DNA from: Styela clava
Taxonomy: Eukaryota
NCBI RefSeq assembly: GCF_964204865.1
Contig: NC_135254.1
Coordinates: 11,346,001-11,410,000 of the forward strand
Direction: 5' to 3'
DNA: 64,000 nucleotides
The notes under the pieces: model-generated
Database searches by the model: none
What the model was told of the DNA's origin: nothing
What the model saw: the letters and a program-made list of their open reading frames with translations, nothing else
Shown here: positions 13,601 through 25,175 of the stretch, one piece after another
Layout of the letters: the number at the start of each line of letters is the position of its first letter
How positions within the stretch are numbered: the first letter of the stretch is position 1
Position numbers and translations under genes: made by a program

Positions 13601-15273
13601 TTGCATATTCTCGCACAAACTATCGAATCTTGTTTCTATTTCGGTAATGTTGGGTCGCAGTTCCAAATAGTTCGAATTTGATTGATATTTTGTTTTAACA
13701 TAAGTTGGTGTCGAAAAAGATTTCTCACATGGCTAGTTCTGACAATGCGACTCCCATTGGACCCTTTTGCGACCGGGGTGGGGACCCGCAGTTTGAAGAG
13801 CCCTGTTATATATACAATATCATTGACCACAAAGGAAGCTATACCAATAAGGTATATAGATCATCAAAAATAAAACATATCTATTATTCTCAATCCTCCC
13901 ATACATGGTTTCATGTAAACTTTTTATCAACAAAACCAAGTTCAAAAATATCAAATATTGGAAATGTTTTTGGCCATATGTTTATGAAAAAAGCATAATT
14001 TTTTTTCATGCGATAAATAAACATCATACCACTACAGAACTTACCATTACAAGATTATAAACATCCTGCTTGTAATCAAGTAATAAACAAACAACAATGA
14101 ATCTGGCATAATATCGATGCTTCTTCAACAACAGATCAGAACAACTGAAACAAAATGACATTAACTTAATTAAGAATGCAAGTTAATAAACCCCCAAATC
14201 ACACGAACAAACGAAGATACCTTTCTTCCTTGTGTGCATTTTTGTAATAATTCCTTGTTCTTATTGCAGAGTAAAAATGGTAGGCTTCATTTAGATAATT
14301 CGCTTCACTCGTTCGTAGGCTGAAATACCACTTCAATAAGTTTTTTGTAAAACTATGATTTTTTGGCGACTACATTAAAGGAAATTATTTTTAAATAGCA
14401 CTTACTAGTAATGATAATATAATTGCCCAATCTTTGATGCAATTTCACCTATTTGCCATCGTTTCAATCCATATACACTGTCTAAAACCAGTCTGAAAAT
14501 AAGTAAAAAACATTATGTAATGTTGCACATATCATCTTATAAAAAGTGTGTAACTGAACAGTCTGTAATATTATAACGATTTTTCACACGTTTGGTCTGG
14601 AAAGACACTAATACAAAAAGAGCTACGGAGTTTTCAGAACACCCCCCGCCCAGAAATCTTCTGCATAGTCTATGTAGTTTAGGTCACCCTGGTTGAGACA
14701 GCAAGAATAAGGATTCAAAATTAGCATAGAATGAATTAATATAAACCTGTTTTCTTGTTGAAATTTCCACAACTTTGTATATGTCTCAAAAGTTCTGGCA
14801 AAATATGGTTGCCATTGTCTTTGCCCATATTGAGGTAGATCTCTGAAATGCAAGAACAAAATATTACCAACAAATACATACCATATCCTTTAATTATCTG
14901 GTCAAGTGTGACAAGATCAATCAATCAGGATATTGGGGTTATGGATTCTAAATGTGTACGATTCTACCCTTACGTTTCAACTGCAGTTTCGGAAAGACGA
15001 ATTGTCAAGTAGTATTCTAAATAATCGTTCATATATATTATCCTTACAAGTGTTCAAACCACAAAATTTTCAATCTGGAAAAACTGTCACAAAGGATTTT
15101 GCAGAAAATCCTGATTTTTGTATTTGATATGCTTGAAAATGTTTATTGAAAATGTTGAATTTCAATTACCGGAGTCCATTGAAAAGATTTTTAGAAGCTT
15201 CCAATAAATCACCAAATTCCTGAACTACTTTTCGTTCCTCAGCTGTGGGAGTCGGAGGCACAGTTTCCATCAT
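7696..15273 (-). CDS. SCAI: Protein SCAI (suppressor of cancer cell invasion) homolog, 16 coding exons
   Basis: Approximate exons 15273-15170, 14842-14747, 14492-14406, 14319-14221, 14144-14045, 13218-13122, 12403-12310, 11899-11796, 11207-11142, 11055-10954, 10532-10457, 10018-9910, 9451-9297, 8844-8671, 8568-8468, 7836-7696. They give LFNGLRDLPQYGQRQWQPYFARTFETYTKLWKFQQENR, GLKRWQIGEIASKIGQLYYHYYLRTSE, RYYARFIVVCLLL, KFSELTIDMFRMIQ, NPHKYLLYRPTF, HPGDLIPFTRKPL, FGDDFLRLILLRF. Confidence 0.95.
10231..10406. mobile_element. MITE, same family as 6236-6468, in a SCAI intron
   Basis: caccggaacgtagtatgtgtaccaggttaggg...cctaacctggtacacatactacgttcaggtg inverted repeat. Confidence 0.75.
12570..13060 (-). 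mobile_element. 3' part of a tRNA-derived SINE, interrupted by a hAT MITE
   Basis: Matches SINE copies at 30507 and 36357 (gataggat...gccgataag...ctcgtc.ggttaccagtc..gtcaggtatg, resuming tagttagccagttatttgttt after the insertion). Confidence 0.75.
12685..13024. mobile_element. Non-autonomous hAT-type MITE, 340 bp, with perfect 8-bp TSD
   Basis: TIRs TAGGGTTACCATA / TATGGTAAGCCTA; TSD GGTATGAG at 12677-12684 and 13025-13032; repeated cgggac subterminal motifs. Confidence 0.9.
13510..13805. mobile_element. hAT-like MITE
   Basis: Imperfect TIRs CAGTGTTCTTCAAACT / AGTTTGAAGAGCCCTG; no clear TSD. Confidence 0.7.
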
Positions 15274-15425
15274 TATGTCAAGACCACAATACCAAAAGAA
15301 CTCAAATCTGTTATAAAAAGAAATTGGACCCATTTAAATCTTGAACCAAAATCTGACAAAGTTATATTCCCAGATCCACACTAAACAAAATCAACGTATC
15401 GTTAGCCTATCATGATTGAAAAAAG

Positions 15426-15591
15426 GATGCCACTTTGGTATGCGATTTCGAATCATAAAACTACTTAATCTCATAAAGAAATTCGCATAGAATTCAGTTT
15501 CTAATCCCAAGTCTGTCATCACTGGGTTAGGGTTAGGATAATTCAAAAATCTCTAAGATCAGACATTGGGATTACATACCAAAGTGGCATC
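15426..15591. mobile_element. MITE with a perfect 17-bp TIR
   Basis: GATGCCACTTTGGTATG ... CATACCAAAGTGGCATC with internal gggttagggttagg. Confidence 0.8.
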
Positions 15592-16344
15592 AAAAAAAGG
15601 TACCAACAACATACAGACATAATGCCGACTTTAGCAGACTGAAATAATGAAGCTAATAGCAGCAAATTAACATCACAAGAAATATAATGCACAGATCAAG
15701 AATAATATTATTCAAATTCAACTTGTGTTAAAATTCGCTCTGGTTCGTAGACATTGATATAACAGTAATCACATTCGAGCAATGCTAAAAGAAATTGTCC
15801 CAGGTTGAATAAAACTTGGAGACCAAAAATTGCAACACCTGTCTGCCTTTACATACAGGCAGGCAGATGTTGTAAAAGAAACCAAAACGAATGAAAAATA
15901 ATTCAAATATTATGCAAGACAAACATGTAAAATCATATGCATCACTCCCAATATTGGGATCTCAAGATGATGTACATAATAACAGAAATATAATCGAAAT
16001 TGAGTATTACCTAATATTTTAAGATTTGGTAGACTATCATTCCAAACTTCAAAAATTGAAATTTACACATTTTCTGGATCATTATAAAATAATCATGCCA
16101 AAATGGACATAAGTATAGATATTAATATCATCCAGTCACACTAAAAACAATCAATAATTTACCACAAGCCAGAACTACATAATGGAATGATATAATACAT
16201 CAGCTGCCTACCAGAAATGAATAAATCACAGACAGTAAGCATGGATCTGTGGATAGCAGAAGCTTAGATTGAAAGGCGGTGGGAGCAGCTCCAACAAAAT
16301 CTAAAAGACTTGGGCCAATAACTTTTTTCAACTCTATCCAAGGA

Positions 16345-16746
16345 TTAGTGACGTCCACGGAAGCTGGCAGAATCAAATCCACCACGGCCCCTGAAACCAC
16401 CGCCTCCTCTGCTGAATCCGCCTCTTCCGCGGCCGCGAACTTGAGCTTTCAAAATAGCCGCTTTTCCTCTTCCGGCAGAACCACCGCGTTGTTGCTTCAG
16501 CATCGGAGCATTTTTAAGCATATCAGGCAAAATCATAAACCTAACTTGACTTCCGCGGATGTAAATATTCTGCAACTGTGCTGTTCTACCGTCTCTATAA
16601 GTAACAGTTACATCTGTCATTTGACTATTCATGTTATCCTCAGCTTCTATGAGTTTTCCACGATAAACTTCTCCATTCGCGGTTTCACATGTGATAATAT
16701 GGCCCTCCGCCTCATGAAGTACTTTGATTGGAACTCCAATAGACAT
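16345..16746 (-). CDS. SNRPD3: Small nuclear ribonucleoprotein Sm D3, intronless CDS, 133 aa
   Basis: [40 protein letters not shown]...[21 protein letters not shown] plus RG/RGG tail; likely start ATG is 16746. Confidence 0.98.
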   Translation of the reverse strand: MSIGVPIKVLHEAEGHIITCETANGEVYRGKLIEAEDNMNSQMTDVTVTYRDGRTAQLQNIYIRGSQVRFMILPDMLKNAPMLKQQRGGSAGRGKAAILKAQVRGRGRGGFSRGGGGFRGRGGFDSASFRGRH

Positions 16747-17109
16747 TTTTAATGAAATTATGTGCCAAACAATTGTATTCAGCGAGATAAAAATTGAAAC
16801 TAACACGGCGAGGTCACAACTAGACAATGCGCAAAAGCAACACCGAAGGAAAGCCTTTTTCCCGCGTCCGCGTCTCGTTGCCTCATCGGAACTGTGAAAA
16901 ATATTCGAACGAATGACCTAAATGACGATATTATTAGGTCATTGCCGGTCATTGCTTAAACAGCCTTATTAGACAAAAAGGAAAAATGGATCGTTTTGAA
17001 ATTTTAATTTAAATTAGAAACTAAATTTCGACAACCACTTTGTTTATTTCATTCCGTGTTCATTGACATGTCGTTTACATTTTATTTTAGTTACGTTAAC
17101 CATACGTTA

Positions 17110-17429
17110 TTATTACTTATCGATCTTAAGATCGGTAAGTATGTTGATAGGTATTTTGTCTGTTTGTTTGTTTGTTTGTTTGTTTGTCTGTTAGATACAC
17201 GCGATATCTCACGAAAGCGAGGATGAATCCGCTCCAAATTTTGCATATGCATTCATCATATCTCGGATCAGAAGCCTATTGATTTTGGAAGAATTAGGTC
17301 GTATAATTAGCGAGTTATTAATTAATTAGTGATGGGACACAAGGTGTCAGTGTGGAATAGGAGCGCTGTTTTGGGGGATCCCCTAACTTTCGATCGATAA
17401 GTCTTCGGTCTCTGACCGATATTCTCGTT
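17110..17429 (+). mobile_element. Helentron-associated (HINE/DINE-1-like) non-autonomous element
   Basis: Subterminal IR ACTTATCGATC (17115) / GATCGATAAGT (17392), internal (TTTG/TCTG)n microsatellite, 3' hairpin TCGGTC-tct-GACCGA, TT flanks. Confidence 0.65.
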
Positions 17430-19169
17430 AAATATTGTTACATTTTTGTTCTGAGTTTCCTTATCGCATGTAGTCAATTGAAACAATTTCGAGCACAGTA
17501 ATAGGTATAGGATGCTATTCGATTGCAACGGGTCATAAAAAGGGGGTTGATAAACATCATTATGCGGAAAAACTTCTTCTCGAAAATCGCTATGTCCTGC
17601 AGTCTGAGAAAAAAAGTGTCTGCTGATATTTCAATGCCGGCACTGTTTATAACCCGATAACGTAGTCCATAACGTATTGAAATTAAAACTATCATTTAAT
17701 AACAGCAGGTTTACTTAAGAAACTTCCATATCAAGCACATATTTTTAAAAATAAACTATAAGAGAATTCAGATTCAAATACAGATGGTCTCACTCAACAC
17801 GAACACTAAAAGTAACTATAGATACACAATCAACATGATCTATAACGCTGTCTTGAAATTCAAACGTCATATTACTTTCTACCGTCGATAGAGATTTTGA
17901 ATTCAACAAGTGAGCAATTGCGTGAGTACAAAATTGTACGAAAGAAAAGTGCCTCAAAGAGATGGTAGCCTGCTTGAGCATTTCCAACGCACTATCGTAG
18001 AGTTTATGATTCTCAATAACAATGGAAATATATATATAACGTAAAATGGTCACATAATCTTAAACTTGTGGACATTCCCAAAAAGTACAAGCGATTAATC
18101 TGGATAAAATTTGTTTTTTTTTATTGTTTTGAATTAAATCTAAAAAATAATTGATCCAATAGCCTACATTTTATTTGTTATCGTCTGGAAAAAGTGTGCA
18201 AGTTTATTTTTTGAAACTGACGTTTTACCGTTCAGCTTCTCATGTGGAGAAATTTTCCTATAGTTCTTCAACAGTCTTCAATTCTAATTTACTCATTATT
18301 GTCGTGATTCCGATTTATCGACGGAAAAATAGCAATTATATATCAAACTCTTTTTTTTTTTTTGGTAGGAATAAAAGCCAGATCAGATGGAAGGCGTTTG
18401 ATCACAAACCATTGTGAAGTTATGATTCCAAAAATCTCAATGAAAGATTATTTGGATGTGTTGCTGGCCTCTTGTTTTACATGCGATCTTTGATAATTTG
18501 AGCACAAAAAATATATAAATATGAAACCTTCATAGAAAGATATCTTGAATTGGCAAAATTTGATCAAAATTGTAAACTTGGCCCAAGTCAATAACAATTT
18601 TTTTATAATTTCGAAACAATTTTAATGATATCAAGTTGTGGGATTCAGGGGGTTCAAGCGACGCATTCTTAGAATGTCGTGATAGTAAGCGAACCCATTC
18701 TTAAACCTTGAGATACATTCACTATCCGAAATGAGCGAAGCTGTTGTTAGTGAGTTTGGTACAAAATAGAATCGGAATTTTTTCTAAATTTTAAATTGCG
18801 TCACTGTTTGGCTCCCATCCATATACAATCCACAGAATGTGAAAGGCAAAAAGAATTTAATTTGCAAAACTTTCTTGAAAATAAAGAAAAATCGGGCTGG
18901 CCAGCCGCTCATCGACTTTATTATCTGTGGGTGATAAAATAATGAATCCTTTTCATTGGCTAATGATCACGTTTTGAAGCGTCTTCATTATTGGACACGT
19001 TTAGTGGACATTCGTTTAACTGTGAATCTTAATAGTGAACTTGGGGGGTAGCTGACTCCGATGACCTTATGGTCGTATCGCTCTCCCAGTCTATACCAAA
19101 TTAACTTTGTGTATATTGTATATATTAATTTGTATACCATTGTTTGTTTTCCGGTTGACAAATCAATAA

Positions 19170-19197
19170 ATCTCTCTCTCTCTCTCTCTCTCTTTCT
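19170..19197. repeat. (CT)n microsatellite
   Basis: tctctctctctctctctctctc. Confidence 0.9.
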
Positions 19198-19204
19198 CAT
19201 AACG

Positions 19205-19405
19205 ATCGTTTTGTTGTTGTTGTTCTTGTTCATCGACACGTTTTGAAGAAACCGCTTTTCTCTTCGATTACTGGACCAATTGCTTTGAAATTTTCAGTGG
19301 TGAAAGATGGAATTTTTCTCCAGAAGTCTATAACTTTTATTTTTTGCTATGATGTCATCAAAATTATGTGGCGCTACGTGTCCATATATTTGAGCATAGC
19401 TCTCT
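19205..19405 (+). repeat. Dispersed repeat family; other copies at ~2285-2375, ~12060-12235 (reverse) and ~22190-22580
   Basis: Shared aaaccgcttttctct..attactggacc.attgctt.gaaatttt...ccagaag and cgtgtccatatatttg.gc.tagct blocks. Confidence 0.7.
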
Positions 19406-19756
19406 TGTTTGCATGATGACGCTGTTGATGCAGGGCCGGATAACCCATTAAGCAAAATGAGCACGTGCTTAGGGCAGCAAGGGAAAGGGAGCACCACACA
19501 AATTTCAATTTCCATGGTCGAATTTTTATGACTCCGCAGTATCATGAAATAACTCGAATCGGTCTGACGACCCAACAGTTAATATTGGTCCGGTATCGAG
19601 CCCACATAGGCTAGCTAGAAACTTTTTTTTTTGAATACTTTTGCAATAAAAAGAATTGAACAAAGTTACTTCTGTCAGATAATTCAATGTGGTGGTCCAC
19701 GCACGACAATTGGGAATTAATTCCCATTGCGCCCCCTTGTTATTTTATATAAATAG

Positions 19757-19955
19757 TTTTCATTGTAACTTCAATACTGTTAAAAAGCGTCAGTCGTAAA
19801 ACGTTTAAATAGCATTTCACCATAACTCAATACTGTTACAAAGCGTCAGTTGTTAAACGTATAAATAGCATTTCACAGAAACTTCAATACTGTTAAAAAG
19901 CGTCAGTCGCTAAACGTGTAAATTGCATTTAACTGTAACTCTAATACTGTCAATA
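19757..19955. repeat. Minisatellite, ~56-57-bp unit x ~3.5
   Basis: aact(t)caatactgtta.aaagcgtcagt.g..aaacgt.taaat.gcattt repeated head to tail with no unique spacers. Confidence 0.9.
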
Positions 19956-20028
19956 TTCGATTTTACTGAAAGTATTAGTTTCACAACGCGAGACTAACTC
20001 TATATAGTGACATAGTCCTGCTCTATTA

Positions 20029-20141
20029 GGTGATCCCGGAGTATTCGTACCAAGATGGCGCACAACCTGGACATAGTATGGGTACCAGGTTAGGGTTGTT
20101 AAGGTTGTGCGTCATCTTGGCACGAATACCTCCGGAGCGCC
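20029..20141. mobile_element. Short, internally deleted MITE of the GGTTAGGG family
   Basis: ccggagtattcgtaccaagatggcgcacaacc...ggttgtgcgtcatcttggcacgaatacctccgg inverted repeat. Confidence 0.65.
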
Positions 20142-20819
20142 CTCTATTATGCTGACAGATTTGTGAGTGTATAATAATGCAGCGATGTTGTAGCCAAGGC
20201 TGAATAAACCATTGAGCAAAATAAACACGTGCTTAAGGCACCAATGTTACCACCACCACCACTAGTTACATACCTATTATTATCATTTACATATAAGGCA
20301 ACAAATTTTTAAGTGCTTATGGCTTCCAAAAGGCCATATGATTCGGCCCTGCCTGTATGGATGAAAATCAATTTCTTTTTTTTATTTGCGTGAAAGTGAC
20401 CAATCGAAAATAAATTAACAGTGACGTACAATTGCAATTTGCAGCCACTGAGACACTTCTTTCGCTTAGAATTGTTCAAGCATGGTTGTAAACATTACCT
20501 CGTTTTCGTGTAAGTTTTCAGTTGTGTTTCCAAATAATAGCTGTACATCAGATACCTTAATTGCCATGATATACTCCGAGGACCTTTAGTTTAGTTGCAA
20601 TAATCAAAAATTGATACCGTAAACGCTAAGATAGGCAAGCCTAAAATTAGCTATCAGTGCCTGTAAGTGGCACGTGGTTCAAGATTTTGAATAGAAATAG
20701 TTTGCAAACATGTGAGCCAGTTTGTAAGCGCCAACTCTCCAAAACACTTCCAAAATACAGGGAGAATTTTTGAGGGGTCAAGGTTCGGGCACACGTCCAT
20801 TGAAAACACAGAGCTATAT

Positions 20820-21645
20820 AGAGGACTTGCACGGGTCACGTGACTTTGTTTACTGGACGGCAGAAAAACAAAAACGTCCAGTTGGCTCCTGTCAGTTGCA
20901 GGTCGGATTATACGTTTCCGTTTTGTTTGGGTGTGGAAAATGGTTATTTCGTATTGTACCGTTGGCTGTATGTATAGTATAGACAACGAAATGGATCTTC
21001 AGTTATATTCCACTTTTTCAAAAGATACCATCTATTGGCAGGACTGCTTGGTGTCAAGTTCAGAAGTCATCTCGCTTGTGTTTCACTGTTTGCGGACAGC
21101 ACTTCGTTGGTGGTGAGTGATAATGTGCCGTTATCAATTTCTTTAAATATTCATAAGCTTCCCCATTTCAAAGGGAAGAAGATGACAAACTACTGTTATT
21201 GGTAGGCCTACTTGCAGACTTGACTTGTGTAAGGAATAAATCATCAATTGCCATAAGGTATTGTTTCCCTGGTTAGCAGGTAATCTATTAGTAAGTGTGA
21301 AAAGTTGAATAGATAACTAAAGTTCAACACCAGTCAGTGCTCATGCAAAAAATAACCAGAATTCAATTGAATTCGCTATCTAGAAATACGCTCGCCACCG
21401 CATCTCTGACCACCCTGGTAGTTTCACAGGTTTCAATCCCATGCGGGGATAGTTTTGTGCGAGAGGATTTCAGCTCTCCTCCCACTGAAGGTGGTTCACA
21501 CGTCCGCTGGTCAATTACGACATCCCCCACCATCAAGTCCATGCTTCTGAAAACAAATACCTGACTAACTAATCCCGACACAGAATGGTAATCGTACGAT
21601 GTTGCACCTTGCAATCCTCCCCCCATGATAAATCCTTTCCTAAAA
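20820..21645 (-). repeat. Left arm of a diverged inverted duplication
   Basis: Reverse complement of 23740-24450 over unique sequence plus a SINE fragment. Confidence 0.9.
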
Positions 21646-23739
21646 ACTACCGATATTGGTAGGCATATTTGCGTTTCACATTAAAAGAAATCTTCATTAA
21701 TGGTCAGAAGGTGTTGTCTGATTGTTTCGTTAGTTAGCAGGTAATCTATTACTGATCTGATACACAAACTTGGCACTGTCAATTGATGATTAGTGTTTAA
21801 TTTCTTTTCAGGAAAAAGGAAAGAGAACCCATTATCAGCTGCTTATAAAAGCCATCAATATTTGAATTTTCGCCATCCCCAGAGAGGAAAAGAATAGTTA
21901 GAAAAAGAGGGATTTTAAAGAAAGGCAAAATGCAGGACCATTTCAACAAATTCTGTTAACTTATATGCGTTGCAATTTTGCAGTTGTTAGCATAAACATT
22001 TAATGTGTCTTTCGACTAGACCTACCACACTTTAAAAGAAGCCGCCTATACCCATTTTCATTGGAACCATAACACTGTAAAATATTTGATAGAAATTACC
22101 CCTAAAGAGTCATATCTTCCATTTGAAAGGGCTGTGGAGGCAGATCCATTTTCGGACACGTAGTGGACATAACGATCGTTTCAATGTTATGTTGGTCCTA
22201 TTGTTGTTCTTTGAAACTTTTTGGACATCTAGTGGGAAATCTAAAAAACCGCTTTTCTCTTTCATTACTGGACCGATTGCTTCGAAATTTTTACTGGTTA
22301 AAGATGAAGTTTTTCTCCAGAAGGCCATTACTTTTATTTATTTCAAATATTTCTGTTAGCTCTGTGAGATTTGTTTTTGTTTGGTATGACGTCACCGAAC
22401 GTTCTGCGGACGCATAGACGACACTCCTCTTCTTTTTGATCACGTGACATCGAACGTCGATGGTTCGTAACGAAGTCCTTACGGTACTTTGCTACGATTT
22501 TTTCCTTACGCTGATCGACGGTACGGTAAACCGTACTGTACTGCGAACAGACGTGTCCATATATTTGGGCGTAGCTGTCTTGTTTACTCTAAATTATGGA
22601 ATGTTACTTCCAGGTTATCTTATCCTTGCTTATAGATATCTTCATGTTAGTGACTCCAGCTGACCCATGCATGTCACATTGAAAATTCTCTTGTGTACCG
22701 ATAAAATTAAGCAGTTGGAGCCTTTAGACCTTGGAAACAGTCGAATCTGAGCACGATGTATTCATGTGAAACACGTAATATGCATTTATAAGCAGAAATA
22801 TCCCATCTTGAGCAGCACCGATTCACAACCTCCTGCCTATGGAATCAAAACATTAGACAAATTGGTGTACTGTGCGCATTCACAAATCTTTGCGAATCAA
22901 GTGTGCCTTTTGACTGAGGAAAATTTAGCATTGAAATGGTCAATCTCAATATAAACCTAGTATCTGCAGATAAAACCAATTGTTTTTTAAAAATACACTT
23001 TTGATGTGCTTTATTTTTCAAATATAATTTATGATTGCTGTAAAGTTTGTGATACATTTGGTACCATGGTTACCATATGCAAATTAACGTGGGTTACACC
23101 CCTCTCGAATAAAAGTTTAGACTCTTAAGTCATATCTCATAATATTCTTTAAACAAAAGGTTGCGGCTAGCCGGCTACCCATCAGAATTTTCTTTCAGAT
23201 CACAAATTCGCAATATTACGCTTCACTAAGTTTCATTTGCAACTGTATTTGGTTGTAGTATCGGTGTCCAACTTTAGACTGAAACCTTCACTACCAGACC
23301 CACCGAAACAAAAAAAAATTTCTTGATCGGGTCGTATTGAAGTTGCTTTCGTTCAAGCACAATGGACATTTATCTCCACCAATCCACAGTAATCACAAGT
23401 TATTTGTCATTACGATAAGCATCAATAAATGGATACTGAGGATGTATCATCAAGTCACGCAAGCTGTGGTCTTGTTGCAACTCATACTTTGCCATCCATC
23501 TATTCCATGGTCGCACCCATATCTGTAAGATAATGGATACAGATTCATTCGATATCATGATCCTGCACTAGCTTTGTAATAATTGTAGAGTTTTCATAAA
23601 ATCTAACGATCAAGTGGTGTGAAATTTATGTCCATATCCCACCACAAACACTAGCCGTAAATGAATTTGATTCCGGGTAGCATATATTTTTTTGCCAATG
23701 ACAATAAAAAGACATTTTGGGTCAGTTGTACAAGCACCT

Positions 23740-24450
23740 TTAGGAAAGGAGGGGGGATGGTTGGGCTCGTACGACAGTCCACAGTCTCTCGTACGATTAC
23801 CATTCTATGTTGGGATTAGTTAGCCAGATATTTTTGTTTGTTTTCAGAAGCATGGACTTGGATGGTGGGGGATGGTCGTAACCGATCAGTGGTCGTGTTA
23901 ACCACCCTCAGTGGGAGTGGAGCTGCAATCCTCTCGCACATAACTATCCCCGCATGGGATTGGAACCTGTGAAACTACCAGGGTGATCAGAGATGCGGTG
24001 GCGAGCGTATTCCTAGATGGCAAGTAGCCTAGGCCTACCAATAACAGTAGTTTGTCATCTGCTTTCCATTGAAATGAAGAAGCTTATGAATATTTTAAAA
24101 AAATTGATAACGGCACATTATCACTCACCATCAACAAAGTGCTGTCCGCAAACAGTGAAACACAAGCGAGATGACTTCTGGACTTGACACCAAGCAGTCC
24201 TGCCAATAGATGATATCCACATTGCACATCCGGATCTTTTGAAAACAGTGGAATATAACTAAAGATTCATTTCGTTGTCTATAGACTCTATACTATACGT
24301 ACAGCCAACGGAACAATACGAAATAACCATTTTCAACAGTCAAACAAAACGGAAACGTATAATCCGACTTGCAACTGACAGGGGCCAAATGGACGTTTTT
24401 GTTTTTTTGCCGTCCAGTAAACAAAGTCACGTGACCCGTGCAAGTCCTCT
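23740..24450 (+). repeat. Right arm of the inverted duplication (LRRC58 upstream region)
   Basis: For example, aaagtcacgtgacccgtgcaagtcctct is the reverse complement of 20820-20847. Confidence 0.9.
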
Positions 24451-24545
24451 CAGTGATCGAAACGAGGAAAAAAATATGCCTTGTCATCGTTGCGTAAGGG
24501 TGTTGCATCAGCTGACGCGCGCCGGGAATATATTCCTTCAGTCAC
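24426..24545 (+). promoter_or_regulatory. Candidate promoter of LRRC58 (and possibly GILT): palindromic E-box/CLEAR GTCACGTGAC plus TCAGT initiators
   Basis: GTCACGTGAC at 24426-24435; TCAGT at 24450 and ~24538; CpG-rich. Confidence 0.5.
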
Positions 24546-25175
24546 TGGTGATAGTCGAGTCATTGTTTTGTGTTCGGACTTTCGGTATAGCTCACTTGTT
24601 TTTGAATTGAACTCTTTGACTATGGGAGCGATTGGACTCGCATACGGGTTCATAAACATGTTGATTGTTTTCCAATGTACCGTTCTTTCATTTACTTATG
24701 GTCATAAATAAGTTACGGTACTAGTAACTACTTAAGGAAGGAATTTGTGAAGCTAGAGATTGGAAGAGAGGGTCCCGTACCGTAATTCCTTAATTACTGG
24801 ATCGCTCGAGTAATTCAGTAATCATTAGAAACAACCGGCATCGCTTCAATTCTGTAATAATCACTTACTGACTTAGCGGACAGTTTGACATTGGTGCCAC
24901 AATTATTCAGTACAGCAGCAGCAGTTGCTGTTTTTGTTAGATTGCTTTCAAAGTACTGCCCGATTGTAAATCGCGTTTTTCTGTGTTTGTTTTATTCTCT
25001 TTTGGTGGGCGGGCATGTACATGTACGCTTTTTAACTTTTTTTAAGTTATGCCCGTCACCCAGGTATCTCTGTATTTTGTTTGTCTGTTAACTTTTTGTA
25101 TTGTTTATGTCAGAGAACCAAAATAAATGATTGATTGACTTAATTGAACAGGGACGTAAGACAGTGTAAATAAGT

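Larger units (their letters stand above)
19431..20351. mobile_element. hAT-like DNA element remnant(s)
   Basis: CAGGGCCGGAT at 19431 and ATTCGGCCCTG at 20341-20351; a second left-end copy near 20196. Confidence 0.5.

Noticed and set aside
14145-14220. Possible U12 intron in SCAI (donor GTATCTTC)
   Set aside because: Does not match GTATCCTT, and it has a normal pyrimidine tract and CAG acceptor
16279-16752. 157-aa + strand ORF
   Set aside because: Antisense shadow of SNRPD3
16747-16827. N-terminal extension of SmD3 in the ORF track
   Set aside because: Begins at a non-ATG codon; the conserved MSIGVP start is at 16746
19757-19955. Regularly spaced repeats resembling a CRISPR array
   Set aside because: Units are contiguous with no unique spacers, there are no cas genes, and the context is eukaryotic: a minisatellite
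20654-24610. Two similar ~110-aa ORFs (20654-20986 on -, 24275-24610 on +) suggesting paralogous genes
   Set aside because: The similarity is explained by the DNA inverted duplication; non-ATG starts and unrelated C-termini
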